Shown here: positions 48,487 through 58,609 of the stretch, piece by piece
Layout of the letters: each line of letters begins with the position of its first letter
Position numbering within the stretch: the first letter of the stretch is position 1
Assembly: GCA_022791255.1 (NCBI GenBank)
Contig: JAAVYR010000004.1
Location: 92,094 to 156,093 of the forward strand
DNA from: Peptococcaceae bacterium
Lineage (GTDB): Bacteria; Bacillota; Dehalobacteriia; UBA4068; JAAVYR01
Length of the DNA stretch: 64,000 nucleotides
Direction: 5' to 3'
Notes under the pieces: model-generated
The model's database searches: none
Told to the model about the DNA's origin: nothing
Seen by the model: the letters and a program-made list of their open reading frames with translations, nothing else
Program-made: the position numbers and the translations under genes

Positions 48487-49857
48487 ATGTTAGCCAGTCA
48501 AATTGTCTCCGGGATTATTTTCCTTATCATGTTTATCGTGATTATTTCTGATAAATGGGAACGGCACATTCCAGCTCTCATTGGCGGCGCTGTTATGATT
48601 GTGGTGGTATTCTTGGGTATGCTCCACAGTGTGGACGCTGTTATGGAAACCTTAAACTTAGCTAGTATTTTTACACCACATTTTTGGTATCCGGGGCCTG
48701 GGGCGTCTGAGTCTTTTATGGGGATTAACTGGACTACTATTTTCTTCATTGCTGGTATGATGGTTATGGTAGAAGGCATGGCAAAGTCCGGCTTTTTCCG
48801 TTGGCTTTGTCTTTTGGTAGCAGAATGGGTACATTATCGCATTGTGCCACTGCTTGTTGTTTTTATGCTCATGTCTGGCTTTTTGGCCATGTTTATTGAT
48901 AGTATTACAGTCATTCTTTTCTTGGCTGCGGTTACTGTAGAGCTAGCACGGCTCTTAAAGTTTAACCCGGTACCGGTTATCTTAGCGGAAATTTTCTGTG
49001 CTAATTTAGGGGGTTCTGCTACCATGTGCGGTGACCCGCCTAATATTATCATCGGTACTTCTTTAGGCTATAGCTTCCATGACTTTATTACCAATACGGG
49101 GGTTGTGGCTTGGATTGCTATGATTGTTTCTGTTTTCTTTTTCGTGGCCATGTTTGCCAAACGCATCCGTGCTGTGGAAAAACAACAGGATCCTCATCTG
49201 AGGGATAATGTGCCTCATCCGAAAACGGCTATTACTAACATGAGTCTTTTCGTAAAAAGTACAGCTATTTTCCTGCTCTCGGTAGTACTCTTGATTACCC
49301 ATGCGACGACGGGTCTTTCTGTAGCCTCTATTGGAGCGTTGGCTGCTATCCTGACGCTCATTGCTTCTGGCTCTATGAAAGAAGCCAAACATATTATGAA
49401 GCTGGTAGACTGGAAAACACTAGGCTTTTTTGTAGGTCTCTTTATCGTTGTAGGCGGTTTGGAGCAGACTCATGTATTAGAGGTCGTAGCTTCTTATATC
49501 GAAAAAATCAGCGGCGGTAACTTAACAGCTATTCTCTTGATTGTATTATGGCTCTCTGCTATTTGCAGTGCTATTGTGGATAATATTCCTTTTGCAGCTA
49601 CTATGGTACCGGTCATCAAGAATATTGCGCTTTCTACAGGGCTTGACTTAGACTCTATGGCTTGGGCGCTGGCACTTGGTACTGACATCGGCGGCAACGG
49701 CACGCCCATTGGCGCTTCTGCCAATGTAGTAGGGGTATCTGTTGCGGAAAAAGAAGGATATAAGGTAACTTGGGGCGAATATTGTAAATACGCAATTCCT
49801 GCTACGGTTTTGGTATTAGTCATCTGCTCTGCATATTTGATTATCCGCTACTGCTAA
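48487..49857 (+). CDS. ArsB/NhaD-superfamily anion permease (YbiR/citrate-transporter-like).
   Basis: 457 aa, ~12 TM segments, internal duplication. RBS GGGGG-N8-ATG at 48487. Terminator at 49949-49990. Confidence 0.6.
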   Translation: MLASQIVSGIIFLIMFIVIISDKWERHIPALIGGAVMIVVVFLGMLHSVDAVMETLNLASIFTPHFWYPGPGASESFMGINWTTIFFIAGMMVMVEGMAKSGFFRWLCLLVAEWVHYRIVPLLVVFMLMSGFLAMFIDSITVILFLAAVTVELARLLKFNPVPVILAEIFCANLGGSATMCGDPPNIIIGTSLGYSFHDFITNTGVVAWIAMIVSVFFFVAMFAKRIRAVEKQQDPHLRDNVPHPKTAITNMSLFVKSTAIFLLSVVLLITHATTGLSVASIGALAAILTLIASGSMKEAKHIMKLVDWKTLGFFVGLFIVVGGLEQTHVLEVVASYIEKISGGNLTAILLIVLWLSAICSAIVDNIPFAATMVPVIKNIALSTGLDLDSMAWALALGTDIGGNGTPIGASANVVGVSVAEKEGYKVTWGEYCKYAIPATVLVLVICSAYLIIRYC

Positions 49858-50056
49858 TTTTAATAAAAGGGATTATTCTAAGATTTAATACGATTTTTTA
49901 TATAGTATTTTATAGATATTTACAAATCATTCCTCATATAATATTCTCCCAGAAAAAGAGAGATGTAAAAAACATCTCTCTTTTTCTTTTATTTCTTTTT
50001 CTTACTTCTTTTTTTCTTTTTTCTGCATAAATTAGAGTGCGGAAAGGAGAAAATCG

Positions 50057-51067
50057 ATGCCTATTTTTTTTCAGGTTTGTTTTTGTTATCTGGGCGCGCT
50101 CATTGGTGCTGGTTTTGCTTCGGGGAAGGAAATCCAGTTGTTCTTTGGCAGATTTTCTATTGCGGCCTATCCTTCTCTTCTCTTTGCTGGACTTCTCTTT
50201 GCATTTTTTGCTTATGCTGCTATAGAGATTGTCAGAAAGCATAACCTATCCTCTTCTACTGAATTTTTTATTTTTTGTTTAGGTAAAAGATTAGGTCCCT
50301 TTTTGCTCCACTTTTTACAGGTGTTTTTATTTTTTTCGGTGACGGTCATGATTGCTGCCGGGGATAGTCTGTATCAGATTTTCTTTCTGGGTCGTCCCGG
50401 AGTAGGCGGTATTTTACTTTGCTGCTGCCTTTACCTTTTTTTAATTCGCCCGCAGAAGGGCATGGTAATGATTAATACCATTCTTGTGCCGGTGTTATTG
50501 GTTATGTTATTTTCCTTATGGCATAAATCTATAGATTTTCAGGTGATTAATCAGTGTTGGCAAAGTGCAGATTGCTTTACAATCGGCAACTATCTAGTAG
50601 CTCTTTTCTGGTCGCTGCTTTATGTATCTTATAATTTCTTTGGTATTAGTACGATTTTAATACCTTTTGGTATAGGTAGCAGAAAAAAAACGCCTGCATA
50701 TGGTGGCTTTTTAGCGGGTATTTTATTAGGAGCGTTACTCTTCTTTGGGGCGCTGGCGCTGCTTTCAGACCCTATTCTTGCAGAGGGGTCGCCTATGCCT
50801 TTTCTTGCTTTGGCTATGAAGCAAGGCGTGGGCATTGTATTTTATGGTGTGGCGCTTTTTGCGGCTATTGTTACCACTGCTCTTGCTAATAGCTTTACCC
50901 TTCTACAGAATATTGCGCCTTTAGGACGGATACTCTTTCTCACAGTTGCTTTTTTGATTGCTTACCGTTGGGATTTTTCTGGTCTGGTATCCTTCCTTTA
51001 CCCCTTTACTGGTCTCTTGGGATTATTGCTTATCTTTGCTATTTGTTATCGATTTTTTACTTCTTAA
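50057..51067 (+). CDS. YkvI-family membrane protein (spore-germination/amino-acid-permease-like fold).
   Basis: YLGALIGAGFASGKEIQLFF matches the YkvI N-terminal signature. 336 aa polytopic. Confidence 0.55.
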   Translation: MPIFFQVCFCYLGALIGAGFASGKEIQLFFGRFSIAAYPSLLFAGLLFAFFAYAAIEIVRKHNLSSSTEFFIFCLGKRLGPFLLHFLQVFLFFSVTVMIAAGDSLYQIFFLGRPGVGGILLCCCLYLFLIRPQKGMVMINTILVPVLLVMLFSLWHKSIDFQVINQCWQSADCFTIGNYLVALFWSLLYVSYNFFGISTILIPFGIGSRKKTPAYGGFLAGILLGALLFFGALALLSDPILAEGSPMPFLALAMKQGVGIVFYGVALFAAIVTTALANSFTLLQNIAPLGRILFLTVAFLIAYRWDFSGLVSFLYPFTGLLGLLLIFAICYRFFTS

Positions 51068-51146
51068 ACTTCAATCGTTTCACTTATATAAGCTGAATAA
51101 GAAAAACCGTCTAACCTTTCTGTCAAAAGTATAGACGGTTTCTTTG

Positions 51147-52283
51147 TTATTTTGCTAATTTCTGGATGGCAGCGACACATTTTTCCACTTCCCAGGGTTG
51201 ATTATAAATACCAAAGCTTATTCTCACAGCGCCTTGTTCCAGAGTTCCCATGGTTTTATGGGCAAGGGGCGCACAATGATATCCTGCTCTGACAGATATA
51301 TCATAGTCCTGGCCCAGGGCCCAGCCTACTTCATTACTATCTTTACCAACAATATTAAAAGATACTACTGGCAGTCTCTTTTCATCACCTTCTGGACCAT
51401 ATAATATTACATTAGGTATTTGAGATAGTTTTTCATAAAGATATTTGGTCAACATTTGTTCATGGCAGAGGATTTCTTCTAAGCCAATGGCATTCAAAAA
51501 TTCAATGCCGGCGCCTAACCCTGCTATACCCGGTGTATTGACGGTGCCACTTTCCAGCCGGTCCGGCATCATTTCCGGCTGTTCTGGTTCTAAGGAATTG
51601 CTGCCGGTGCCGCCCTCCTGCAGGGTGGCAAGAGGGAGCCCTTCTCTCACATAAAGGCCGCCTATCCCCATAGGACCGTATAACCCCTTATGTCCGGGGA
51701 AGGCAAGAAGGTCGATACCCATCTTTTCTGGGTAGATAGGTAAAGCTCCTGCAGTTTGTGCTGCGTCTACCAAGAAGCAAATATTATGTTCTTTAGCAAT
51801 AGCACCGATGGCAGCGATATCTAAGATACAGCCCAGCACATTGCTGCCGTGGATACAGACGATTAATTTTGTATTTGCTCTAATCTTTGTTTTTAAATCA
51901 TCTAAGTCTATTTTCCCCGTTGCACTTACTTTGAAACTATCGCAGGACACACCTTTTTTTCTTAAAGCATTGATGGGGCGCCAAACGGCATTATGCTCCA
52001 AAGAGGAATAAAGTACATGGTCGCCAGGGCGTAAAATTCCTTTGATTGCCAAATTGACGCTTTCTGTGGTATTGCGGGTGAAAACAATATTGCGGCAGTC
52101 GGAAATACCGAAAAAAGAGGCAATGGTCTCCCTGGTTTTATAAATCAAACGAGAAGTATCCATTGCCATTTTATATGCGCCGCGGCCAGGGTTTGCGCCA
52201 TAATCTGTAAAAGAACGGGCAATAGCCTCCAATACTTCAGGGGGCTTTGGCCAGGTAGTGGCGGCATTATCAAAATATATCAT
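51147..52283 (-). CDS. Class-V aminotransferase / cysteine-desulfurase-family PLP enzyme.
   Basis: MIYFDNAATTWPKPPEV.. N-terminus, PLP-lysine region (AFPGHKGLYGPMGIGGLYV). Confidence 0.75.
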   Translation of the reverse strand: MIYFDNAATTWPKPPEVLEAIARSFTDYGANPGRGAYKMAMDTSRLIYKTRETIASFFGISDCRNIVFTRNTTESVNLAIKGILRPGDHVLYSSLEHNAVWRPINALRKKGVSCDSFKVSATGKIDLDDLKTKIRANTKLIVCIHGSNVLGCILDIAAIGAIAKEHNICFLVDAAQTAGALPIYPEKMGIDLLAFPGHKGLYGPMGIGGLYVREGLPLATLQEGGTGSNSLEPEQPEMMPDRLESGTVNTPGIAGLGAGIEFLNAIGLEEILCHEQMLTKYLYEKLSQIPNVILYGPEGDEKRLPVVSFNIVGKDSNEVGWALGQDYDISVRAGYHCAPLAHKTMGTLEQGAVRISFGIYNQPWEVEKCVAAIQKLAK

Positions 52284-52307
52284 GGTATTGGTATGCTCCT
52301 TTTTTTT

Positions 52308-52323
52308 TGTTTCACATGAAACA
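52308..52323. promoter_or_regulatory. parS-like centromere site TGTTTCACATGAAACA (one central mismatch to TGTTNCACGTGAAACA).
   Basis: About 80 nt downstream of the parB stop. Identical copy at 54164. Confidence 0.5.
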
Positions 52324-52401
52324 TTTTCTTTAGAAGACTACATACCCTGATATCTTTTTTCGCTTGTCTCTCCTCTTCCCTTCTCTCTTCTCCTAAAAGA
52401 A

Positions 52402-53301
52402 TTAAAATTCTTCTCCTGGTAATAACAAATCTACCAGGCGGGTCAAATCCTCCGTATTAAAATATTTGATGCAGATTTGTCCCCCTTGCTCTTTCTCGGC
52501 AATGGTGATTTTAGTGCCGTATTTTTCTTCCATCCGTTTTAAGACGGCGCTATAGCTGGATTTACCGGATGTTTTTTTATTTACCTTTTTCTTTTCTGCT
52601 TGTTTTTTCTCTTTAGCGTCTTTTGCCCACTGTTCCGCTTGTCTCACGGAAAGATGATGTTTGACGATAGCTTCTGCCAGCTGTTTTTGTTCTTTTGCAG
52701 AGGTGAGGCTGAGGATGGCTCTTGCGTGGCCTGGGGATAAAACCCCATCTCGTATCATCTTTTGATATGGGGGGGCAAGAGAGAGCAGCCGTAAAGAGTT
52801 GGCGATATAAGGGCGACTCTTCCCCATTTTCCCAGCAAGTTGTTCTTGGGTATAACCAAATTCATCTATGAGGGCACGGTAACTGATGGCTTCTTCCAGA
52901 CCATTTAAATTTTCCCGTTGGATATTTTCGATTAGCGCCAGCTCTAAAATATCTTCTTTTTCTGTATTGCGGACAAAGGCTGGGATTTCAGTAAGACCTG
53001 CAAGAGTTGCTGCTCGCCAGCGCCGTTCCCCGGCAATAATCAGATAGAGGTCTTTTTTTGCTTCTGTGACAACGATAGGCTGTAAGATGCCATATGTTTT
53101 GATAGATGCGGCTAGTTCTTCTAGGGCGTTTTTATCAAAGTCTTTTCTTGGTTGATTAGGGTTTGGTGAAATATGAGAGATTGGCAGGAGTAATGGTTTA
53201 CCTGCTAATTCTTTTTCTTGTTTTGGTTCGATAGCGGCGCTTAAATCCATATCTTCTGGGATAAGGGCCGCTAGTCCCTTGCCTAGTCCTTTTTTATTCA
53301 T
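52402..53301 (-). CDS. parB: ParB/Spo0J chromosome partitioning protein.
   Basis: GERRWRAA box II motif, HTH, 299 aa. Overlaps the parA stop. Confidence 0.9.
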   Translation of the reverse strand: MNKKGLGKGLAALIPEDMDLSAAIEPKQEKELAGKPLLLPISHISPNPNQPRKDFDKNALEELAASIKTYGILQPIVVTEAKKDLYLIIAGERRWRAATLAGLTEIPAFVRNTEKEDILELALIENIQRENLNGLEEAISYRALIDEFGYTQEQLAGKMGKSRPYIANSLRLLSLAPPYQKMIRDGVLSPGHARAILSLTSAKEQKQLAEAIVKHHLSVRQAEQWAKDAKEKKQAEKKKVNKKTSGKSSYSAVLKRMEEKYGTKITIAEKEQGGQICIKYFNTEDLTRLVDLLLPGEEF

Positions 53302-54055
53302 GTTCCATTACCTCCATTGCCAGTTGTTCGTATACTTCTGCACCGCGGGATTTTGGGTCGTATAGGGAGATAGGCTTGCCATGGCTGGGTGCTTCAGATA
53401 GCCGCACATTCCGCGGAATAATGGCGCCAAAAACTTTGCCTTTGAAAAATTCCTTTACCTCATCTACTACTTGGATAGCAAGATTGGTACGGGCGTCAAA
53501 CATGGTGAGAAGCACTCCTTCTATTTCTAAGCCAGGGTTTAAGTGCTTTTTCACCAGTTGGAAAGTATTCATCAGCTGGCCTAATCCTTCTAAAGCGTAA
53601 TATTCGCACTGGATGGGAATGATGAGACTATCGGCGGCAGTGAGAGCATTTAATGTGAGGAGCCCCAGAGATGGTGGGCAATCAATGATAATATAATCAA
53701 AGTGTTCCTTTTCTTCTTCCATGGCATTTTTTAGCTTTTGTTCTCGATTGGCGCTGGATACTAATTCGATTTCAGCGCCGGCCAGAGAGATAGTTGCCGG
53801 CAGCACGGAAAGACCCTCTACCTCAGTGGGCTGGATAACGCCTGCCATGGGAATATCGTTGATTAATACATCATAAATGCAAAGCTCTAAATGGTCTCGG
53901 TCGACTCCTAAGCCGCTGGTAGCATTGCCTTGGGGGTCAATGTCGATGACCAATACCTTCTTCCCTGCTTTTGCCAGATAGGCGCTTAAGTTTACCACGG
54001 TGGTCGTTTTTGCTACGCCGCCTTTTTGATTCACAATTGCTATTGTTTTTGCCAT
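53294..54055 (-). CDS. parA: ParA/Soj chromosome partitioning ATPase.
   Basis: MAKTIAIVNQKGGVAKTTT deviant Walker A, 253 aa. Confidence 0.9.
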   Translation of the reverse strand: MAKTIAIVNQKGGVAKTTTVVNLSAYLAKAGKKVLVIDIDPQGNATSGLGVDRDHLELCIYDVLINDIPMAGVIQPTEVEGLSVLPATISLAGAEIELVSSANREQKLKNAMEEEKEHFDYIIIDCPPSLGLLTLNALTAADSLIIPIQCEYYALEGLGQLMNTFQLVKKHLNPGLEIEGVLLTMFDARTNLAIQVVDEVKEFFKGKVFGAIIPRNVRLSEAPSHGKPISLYDPKSRGAEVYEQLAMEVMEHE

Positions 54056-54157
54056 GTTTTCACCATCCGCTATTCATTGCTTTTGTTATCATTATCATTA
54101 CGATGATTTTCACGATTATATTTATTATATACGATACTGCACGGAGAAACAAGAGAA

Positions 54158-54186
54158 GGGTAATGTTTCACATGAAACATTACCCT
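54158..54186. promoter_or_regulatory. parS-like site inside an extended palindrome GGGTAATGTTTCACATGAAACATTACCC.
   Basis: Located between parA and rsmG. Same 16-mer as at 52308. Confidence 0.5.
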
Positions 54187-54251
54187 ATATTTTATGCAGA
54201 AGTACGATTTTTCGTGTTTTTTCCCTAAGAGAATGACAGAAAAGTGTGATT

Positions 54252-54971
54252 TTATAAAGGCTTCTTTTCCGGCACTCCTACCCGGCGCGGGTACTTTTCT
54301 GCAGTGGGAGATATTTTCTCTATGACGGTAATGCACCGTTCTCCCGGTTCTAATAATGCATAAGGATATTGGCCTTTTACCCGGCCGCCTAGTGTTATGA
54401 TAGCGTTTTGTGCCTCTGCCAGCTCTTCCTCTGCTTTTGCCCCCTTGAAGGCACAAAAGACGCCGCTTGTCTTCAGGAGTGGCAGAGCGTATTCGCAAAG
54501 GATAGAGAGTCTGGCTACTGCACGGGCAGTGACCATGTCATAGTTGCTCCTACCCTCTCCTCTGCCCCAGGTCTCTGCTCGGTCGCAAACGATAGTGACA
54601 TTTTCCAGGGAGAGTGCCTCAACTACTTGCCGCAAAAAATTGCAGCGTTTTTCCATAGACTCTAGCAGTGTTATGGACAACTCTGGCAGGAAGATAGCCA
54701 GAGGTATGGCTGGAAAGCCGGCACCGCTGCCGATATCTATTAACTTCTTCCCTGCTAGGTCTTTGATAAACAAACTTTCTAATACGGGAAGCAGCTGCCA
54801 AGCGTCTAAAAAGTGCTTCTCTGCTATCTGGTCTTTTTCAGTGATAGCGGTCAGGTTCATGGTAGCATTGGTTTCCAGCACCATCTCGCCGTAAAGAGCC
54901 AGTTTATCCAGCTGTTCGGCAGGCAAGTGAATGCCTTGTTTTGTAAAAATATCTATGATGGCTTGTTTCAT
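54252..54971 (-). CDS. rsmG: 16S rRNA (guanine527-N7)-methyltransferase RsmG (GidB).
   Basis: IDIGSGAGFPAIPLAI SAM motif. Conserved rsmG-parA-parB order. Confidence 0.85.
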   Translation of the reverse strand: MKQAIIDIFTKQGIHLPAEQLDKLALYGEMVLETNATMNLTAITEKDQIAEKHFLDAWQLLPVLESLFIKDLAGKKLIDIGSGAGFPAIPLAIFLPELSITLLESMEKRCNFLRQVVEALSLENVTIVCDRAETWGRGEGRSNYDMVTARAVARLSILCEYALPLLKTSGVFCAFKGAKAEEELAEAQNAIITLGGRVKGQYPYALLEPGERCITVIEKISPTAEKYPRRVGVPEKKPL

Positions 54972-55050
54972 CGTGTTACTTCCTTTATGATATGAGGTCT
55001 ATTACCATAAGTTTACTATAGCATAGCATAAAAGAGAATTTTTGGGAATA

Positions 55051-55365
55051 TCAGTCGGCAAATTCTGTATAATCCTTTTGATAAATGTCGATCATGATTT
55101 TGGCGCCGAGACGAAAGCCGTCGATATAGCTCTGAGCAGGTTGCCAATAGATTTCCTCCAGTTGTTCGGACTGGAGCCGTTCAAATTCTTCCTTTAGTTT
55201 GGGGTCTATTTCTTTTAATTTTTGTCCGAAGCTATCTTCGCGCAAATGGATGATTTTTAGTAGGCGGCGGTATTCAGCGATGTCCTCTTGGTAATCCTCT
55301 AAAGGGGCCAGCTCTCCTTCATAAAGCTGCAAAAGAGGGCTTTTCATCTTATCACTTCGTTCCAT
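55051..55365 (-). CDS. Hypothetical protein.
   Basis: 104-aa acidic ORF, no motif recognised. Confidence 0.35.
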   Translation of the reverse strand: MERSDKMKSPLLQLYEGELAPLEDYQEDIAEYRRLLKIIHLREDSFGQKLKEIDPKLKEEFERLQSEQLEEIYWQPAQSYIDGFRLGAKIMIDIYQKDYTEFAD

Positions 55366-55404
55366 AATTTATTCTCCTTTCTATTTTTTAGTTGTGGTTA
55401 TGGA

Positions 55405-55491
55405 TTTCTGAGTGTTAGCGAAGAAAAGCTTTGATACTATTGCGGGGACTCCCCGCAGACTAAAAAGATCCTTCGCTTCGCTCAGGATGAC
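55405..55491. repeat. Miniature derivative of the ~400-bp element: left-form terminal repeat, GCGGGGA/TCCCCGC stem and right-form terminal hairpin repeat, with no core.
   Basis: TTTCTGAGTGTTAGCGAAGAAAAGCTTTGATACTATTGCGGGGACTCCCCGCAG..AAGATCCTTCGCTTCGCTCAGGATGAC. The left 45 nt are nearly identical to 19452-19497. Confidence 0.65.
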
Positions 55492-55612
55492 CATAGAAAT
55501 AATGCCAGCAACTTCATTGTAGTTCTTTCTGTAAATAAGCAAAAGTGCCATAATCGGACACTGTAAAAAAGAACCACTATCTATAGATAGCGGTTCTTTT
55601 TTTGTATATGGC

Positions 55613-56290
55613 TTAGAGATACATGTTCCAAAGATAAGAAATAGGAATGACCAGTGCTAAAGCAGGAATTAGGTCCGTTACTGGTACCTCTTTGATTTTT
55701 GCTAAGCGTAATGTGCTCAAAAGCAATATCATGCCGCCGCAACCGGAAAAATCACCAATCAGTGCCGGCGTCATAATAGGCATCAAAACCCCTGCTAACC
55801 CATAAAATCCGAATAGTACCATGGCTAGGGGAAGCGTAATCGCCAGCAGTGACCAGCCGCATCCTGCAGCGAAGAATACGGCGGCTAGTGCGTCCATGAT
55901 GGCTTTGGTAATCAGCAGCTCTTTGCTGCCGGAAAATGCTAAATCCATGGCGCCTAAAATACCGGAAGTGCTGATGCAAAAGGCTGTAAATGCCGCTACC
56001 AAAAGCAGGGCATTGTTATTGTTTTCTTTAGCAGGGATTTTCCCTGATAAGGACTGTAAGCGGCGGTCAATCTTTAAGATATGTCCTACGACACCGCCTA
56101 GCAGGAAGGCAGTGACTACTGCAGAAAAATTATCTATCCTATCTATCAGGCGAATGCTGAGCACTGCTGTGACAATGGCAAAATAGACCATAGAGTTATC
56201 CTGCAAATCCCGGCTGATATATTTCCGTAGCAGGCAACCAATGATGGTCCCTAGCACGATGGCGCTCAGATTTACTAGTAAAATCCACAT
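55613..56290 (-). CDS. DUF554-family membrane protein.
   Basis: Start set at MWILLVNLSAIVLGTIIG with RBS AAAGGAG. ~6 TM segments. Confidence 0.5.
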   Translation of the reverse strand: MWILLVNLSAIVLGTIIGCLLRKYISRDLQDNSMVYFAIVTAVLSIRLIDRIDNFSAVVTAFLLGGVVGHILKIDRRLQSLSGKIPAKENNNNALLLVAAFTAFCISTSGILGAMDLAFSGSKELLITKAIMDALAAVFFAAGCGWSLLAITLPLAMVLFGFYGLAGVLMPIMTPALIGDFSGCGGMILLLSTLRLAKIKEVPVTDLIPALALVIPISYLWNMYL

Positions 56291-56497
56291 AAATATTTTC
56301 TCCTTTGACAGGTGGTATAGATATAGAAAGTTATATGTTCTAACAAACTTGTGGGTTGGTAATCTTTGTTTTAAGATCCTTCGCTCGCTCAGGATGACAA
56401 GCATATGTCTCTTGGTGGTAAAAAATACCTAGTACCTCTTTACGTTATAATTTTGTTTAAGAGGTACTAGGTATTGCTTTTGTTATAAGTGGAGTAT

Positions 56498-57106
56498 CTA
56501 GTTTTTTTTCATTGTGCGCATTTCGATGGTACCAGAAATCTTCGCACCGCGAGAAACAGACAAGGTGTCAACTTTAATATTACCGTCGATTTGGGCGCAA
56601 GCGTCAAGGGAAAGATTACCCTGGATGTCTAAATCCCCAATAATCCGGCCGGAGCAAGCCATATTTTCTGCATGGATATTCCCTTGGATGGTGGAGTTTT
56701 CGTTTAAGGTGACATCGCCAGTGACTTTCACATTCCCCCGCAAGTTGCAGTCTACCAGCAGCAGGCCTACTGCTGTAATATTGCTGGTGATGTTAGAATG
56801 GATGACTACCTTTCCTTTGGAAATGATATCCCCTTCAAACTCGCCGGCGATTTCTACATCACCTTTGGTTTGCAGGGTCCCTTTCATCATGGTGCCTTCT
56901 GCAAGATAAGTAGCGCCATAAGATTTGGTGGAGATGGAAGTGCCTACGGTAAAATCTGCAAAATTACCTTTGCTCTTGCCTTCCTCTTTGATTTGGTCCA
57001 TGGGTACAATTTCAGCAGCAGCGCTCGCACCAGCAGCAGCGCCTGGTTCTTTGCCGACGCCAAACATTTCGTGCATAGCCTGTCCGAAATTTTCCTTTTT
57101 ACTCAT
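56498..57106 (-). CDS. Bactofilin-family polymer-forming cytoskeletal protein.
   Basis: Repeated beta-helix units (G.V.I.G...G.I.S.G.V.I) across ~120 aa with a Gly/Ala-rich N-terminus. Confidence 0.7.
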   Translation of the reverse strand: MSKKENFGQAMHEMFGVGKEPGAAAGASAAAEIVPMDQIKEEGKSKGNFADFTVGTSISTKSYGATYLAEGTMMKGTLQTKGDVEIAGEFEGDIISKGKVVIHSNITSNITAVGLLLVDCNLRGNVKVTGDVTLNENSTIQGNIHAENMACSGRIIGDLDIQGNLSLDACAQIDGNIKVDTLSVSRGAKISGTIEMRTMKKN

Positions 57107-57171
57107 GTTAACACCTCTCGTTTCTTTTTCGTTGCGTATCGTTATTTTAATATTATTTTATTTTTTGTTCG

Positions 57172-58056
57172 TTAATCTTTATAAGGAAACATGATTGGCT
57201 TTAGTTCCGGGGTGATTTTATCTAAGGTAAAGCCCATGGTTTTTAGCTCTTTGATAATATTCTTTATCGCGCCGGCAGTAGCAGTTTTGGCAGCGCTATC
57301 GTGCATGAGGACCACGCCTCGGTTGACCTTTGCAGCTTTTCCGGTAACATTGGCAGTGATTTGTGCAGAGGTTACTTTTTTTGCGGTGGCGTCTTGAGCA
57401 GAAATATTCCAGTCCCAAGGTACAAACCCACGCCGTATCATCTCAGCGATGATTTCCTGGTAAATGTCGCCGTTGTAGGCATTAATACTGCCGCCGGGAA
57501 ACCGGAAAATAACTGGCGTCTCTCCTGTTGTTTCCTTAATTTGTACAAAGATAGGATACATGTCGTCTAAAAAGGCTTCTACGGAACTATATATTTTAGT
57601 GTAATTATGGGAATAGGAGTGCATGCCAATAGTGTGTCCTTCGGCGACGATGCGTTTCATCCGTTCTAAATCAGCGTTGCTTGTTCTGCCAGTGACGAAA
57701 AAGGTAGCCTTGACTTCTTCTTGCTTTAAGACATCCAAAATTCGGTCCGTATTAGCAGATGGTCCATCGTCAAAGGTAAGGTAAATGACGCCGTTTTTAC
57801 TTTCTGAGGCATGATAACCTTGGGGTGCATAAAAATCAGGATACAAGTCTTGATAAGGCAAATCCTCTTCATGCTTGGTAAAAACTTCTGCTAATTTTTC
57901 TTTTTCTGCCAATTGTTCTTGGAGAGAAGCAATCAGCTCTTTTTGTTCTTGCAAATCAAAATAGAAAGAAAAAGCGAAAGCAGTAGGCACTGCAATGAGT
58001 ACCAACACCGTTAATAATATTAAATTTTTGAAAAATCGGACGCTGCCGAAATACAT
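57172..58056 (-). CDS. Polysaccharide deacetylase (NodB/CE4) family protein with N-terminal TM anchor.
   Basis: YLTFDDGPS (motif 1) and HSYSH (motif 2). Start at MYFGS with RBS AGAGGG. Confidence 0.75.
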   Translation of the reverse strand: MYFGSVRFFKNLILLTVLVLIAVPTAFAFSFYFDLQEQKELIASLQEQLAEKEKLAEVFTKHEEDLPYQDLYPDFYAPQGYHASESKNGVIYLTFDDGPSANTDRILDVLKQEEVKATFFVTGRTSNADLERMKRIVAEGHTIGMHSYSHNYTKIYSSVEAFLDDMYPIFVQIKETTGETPVIFRFPGGSINAYNGDIYQEIIAEMIRRGFVPWDWNISAQDATAKKVTSAQITANVTGKAAKVNRGVVLMHDSAAKTATAGAIKNIIKELKTMGFTLDKITPELKPIMFPYKD

Positions 58057-58219
58057 AATCACAAAACCCTCTTTTTCTGTGGGTATAACAGATAAATTAT
58101 ACTGAATTTCTCTGTCATCGTCAACAGAAATCGACAAGAACCGAAAGGCTTTGCTACTTTATAATGTGGTATTATTGGAAAAGCCTACCAAGAAGGAATT
58201 CCCTCTGGTAGGCTTTCTC

Positions 58220-58295
58220 TGGTGGAGATAAGCGGGATCGAACCGCTGACCTCTTGACTGCCAGTCAAGCGCTCTCCCAGCTGAGCTATACCCCC
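58220..58295 (-). tRNA. tRNA-Ala (anticodon GGC).
   Basis: GGGGGTATAGCTCAGCTGGGAGAGCGCTTGACTGGCAGTCAAGAGGTCAGCGGTTCGATCCCGCTTATCTCCACCA with G3:U70 and anticodon loop CTGGCAG. Confidence 0.8.
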
Positions 58296-58609
58296 ATATT
58301 GATAAAATCATTCTAGCATATGCAAAATAGAAAGTCAATAAAGATCCTTCGTCGTTTCGCTCCTCAAGATGATAGAAATCCGGAGGCTAGGAATAGGAAT
58401 GTAAATAAAAGTAATTATATATGGTTTTTTGCATAGGTAAAAATAGATATGGTATACTAAAAGATATTTTTAATAAAGATATTTTAAGATATTTTCTTAA
58501 CTTTCGAACATATCAAAGTTGATATTTGCATATATTGAGTCAGCCGAAAAAAGAAAAGAAAAAGAAACAGTAAAATCGGTAAAATCAAAGGGAAGAAAGG
58601 GCGTTTATA

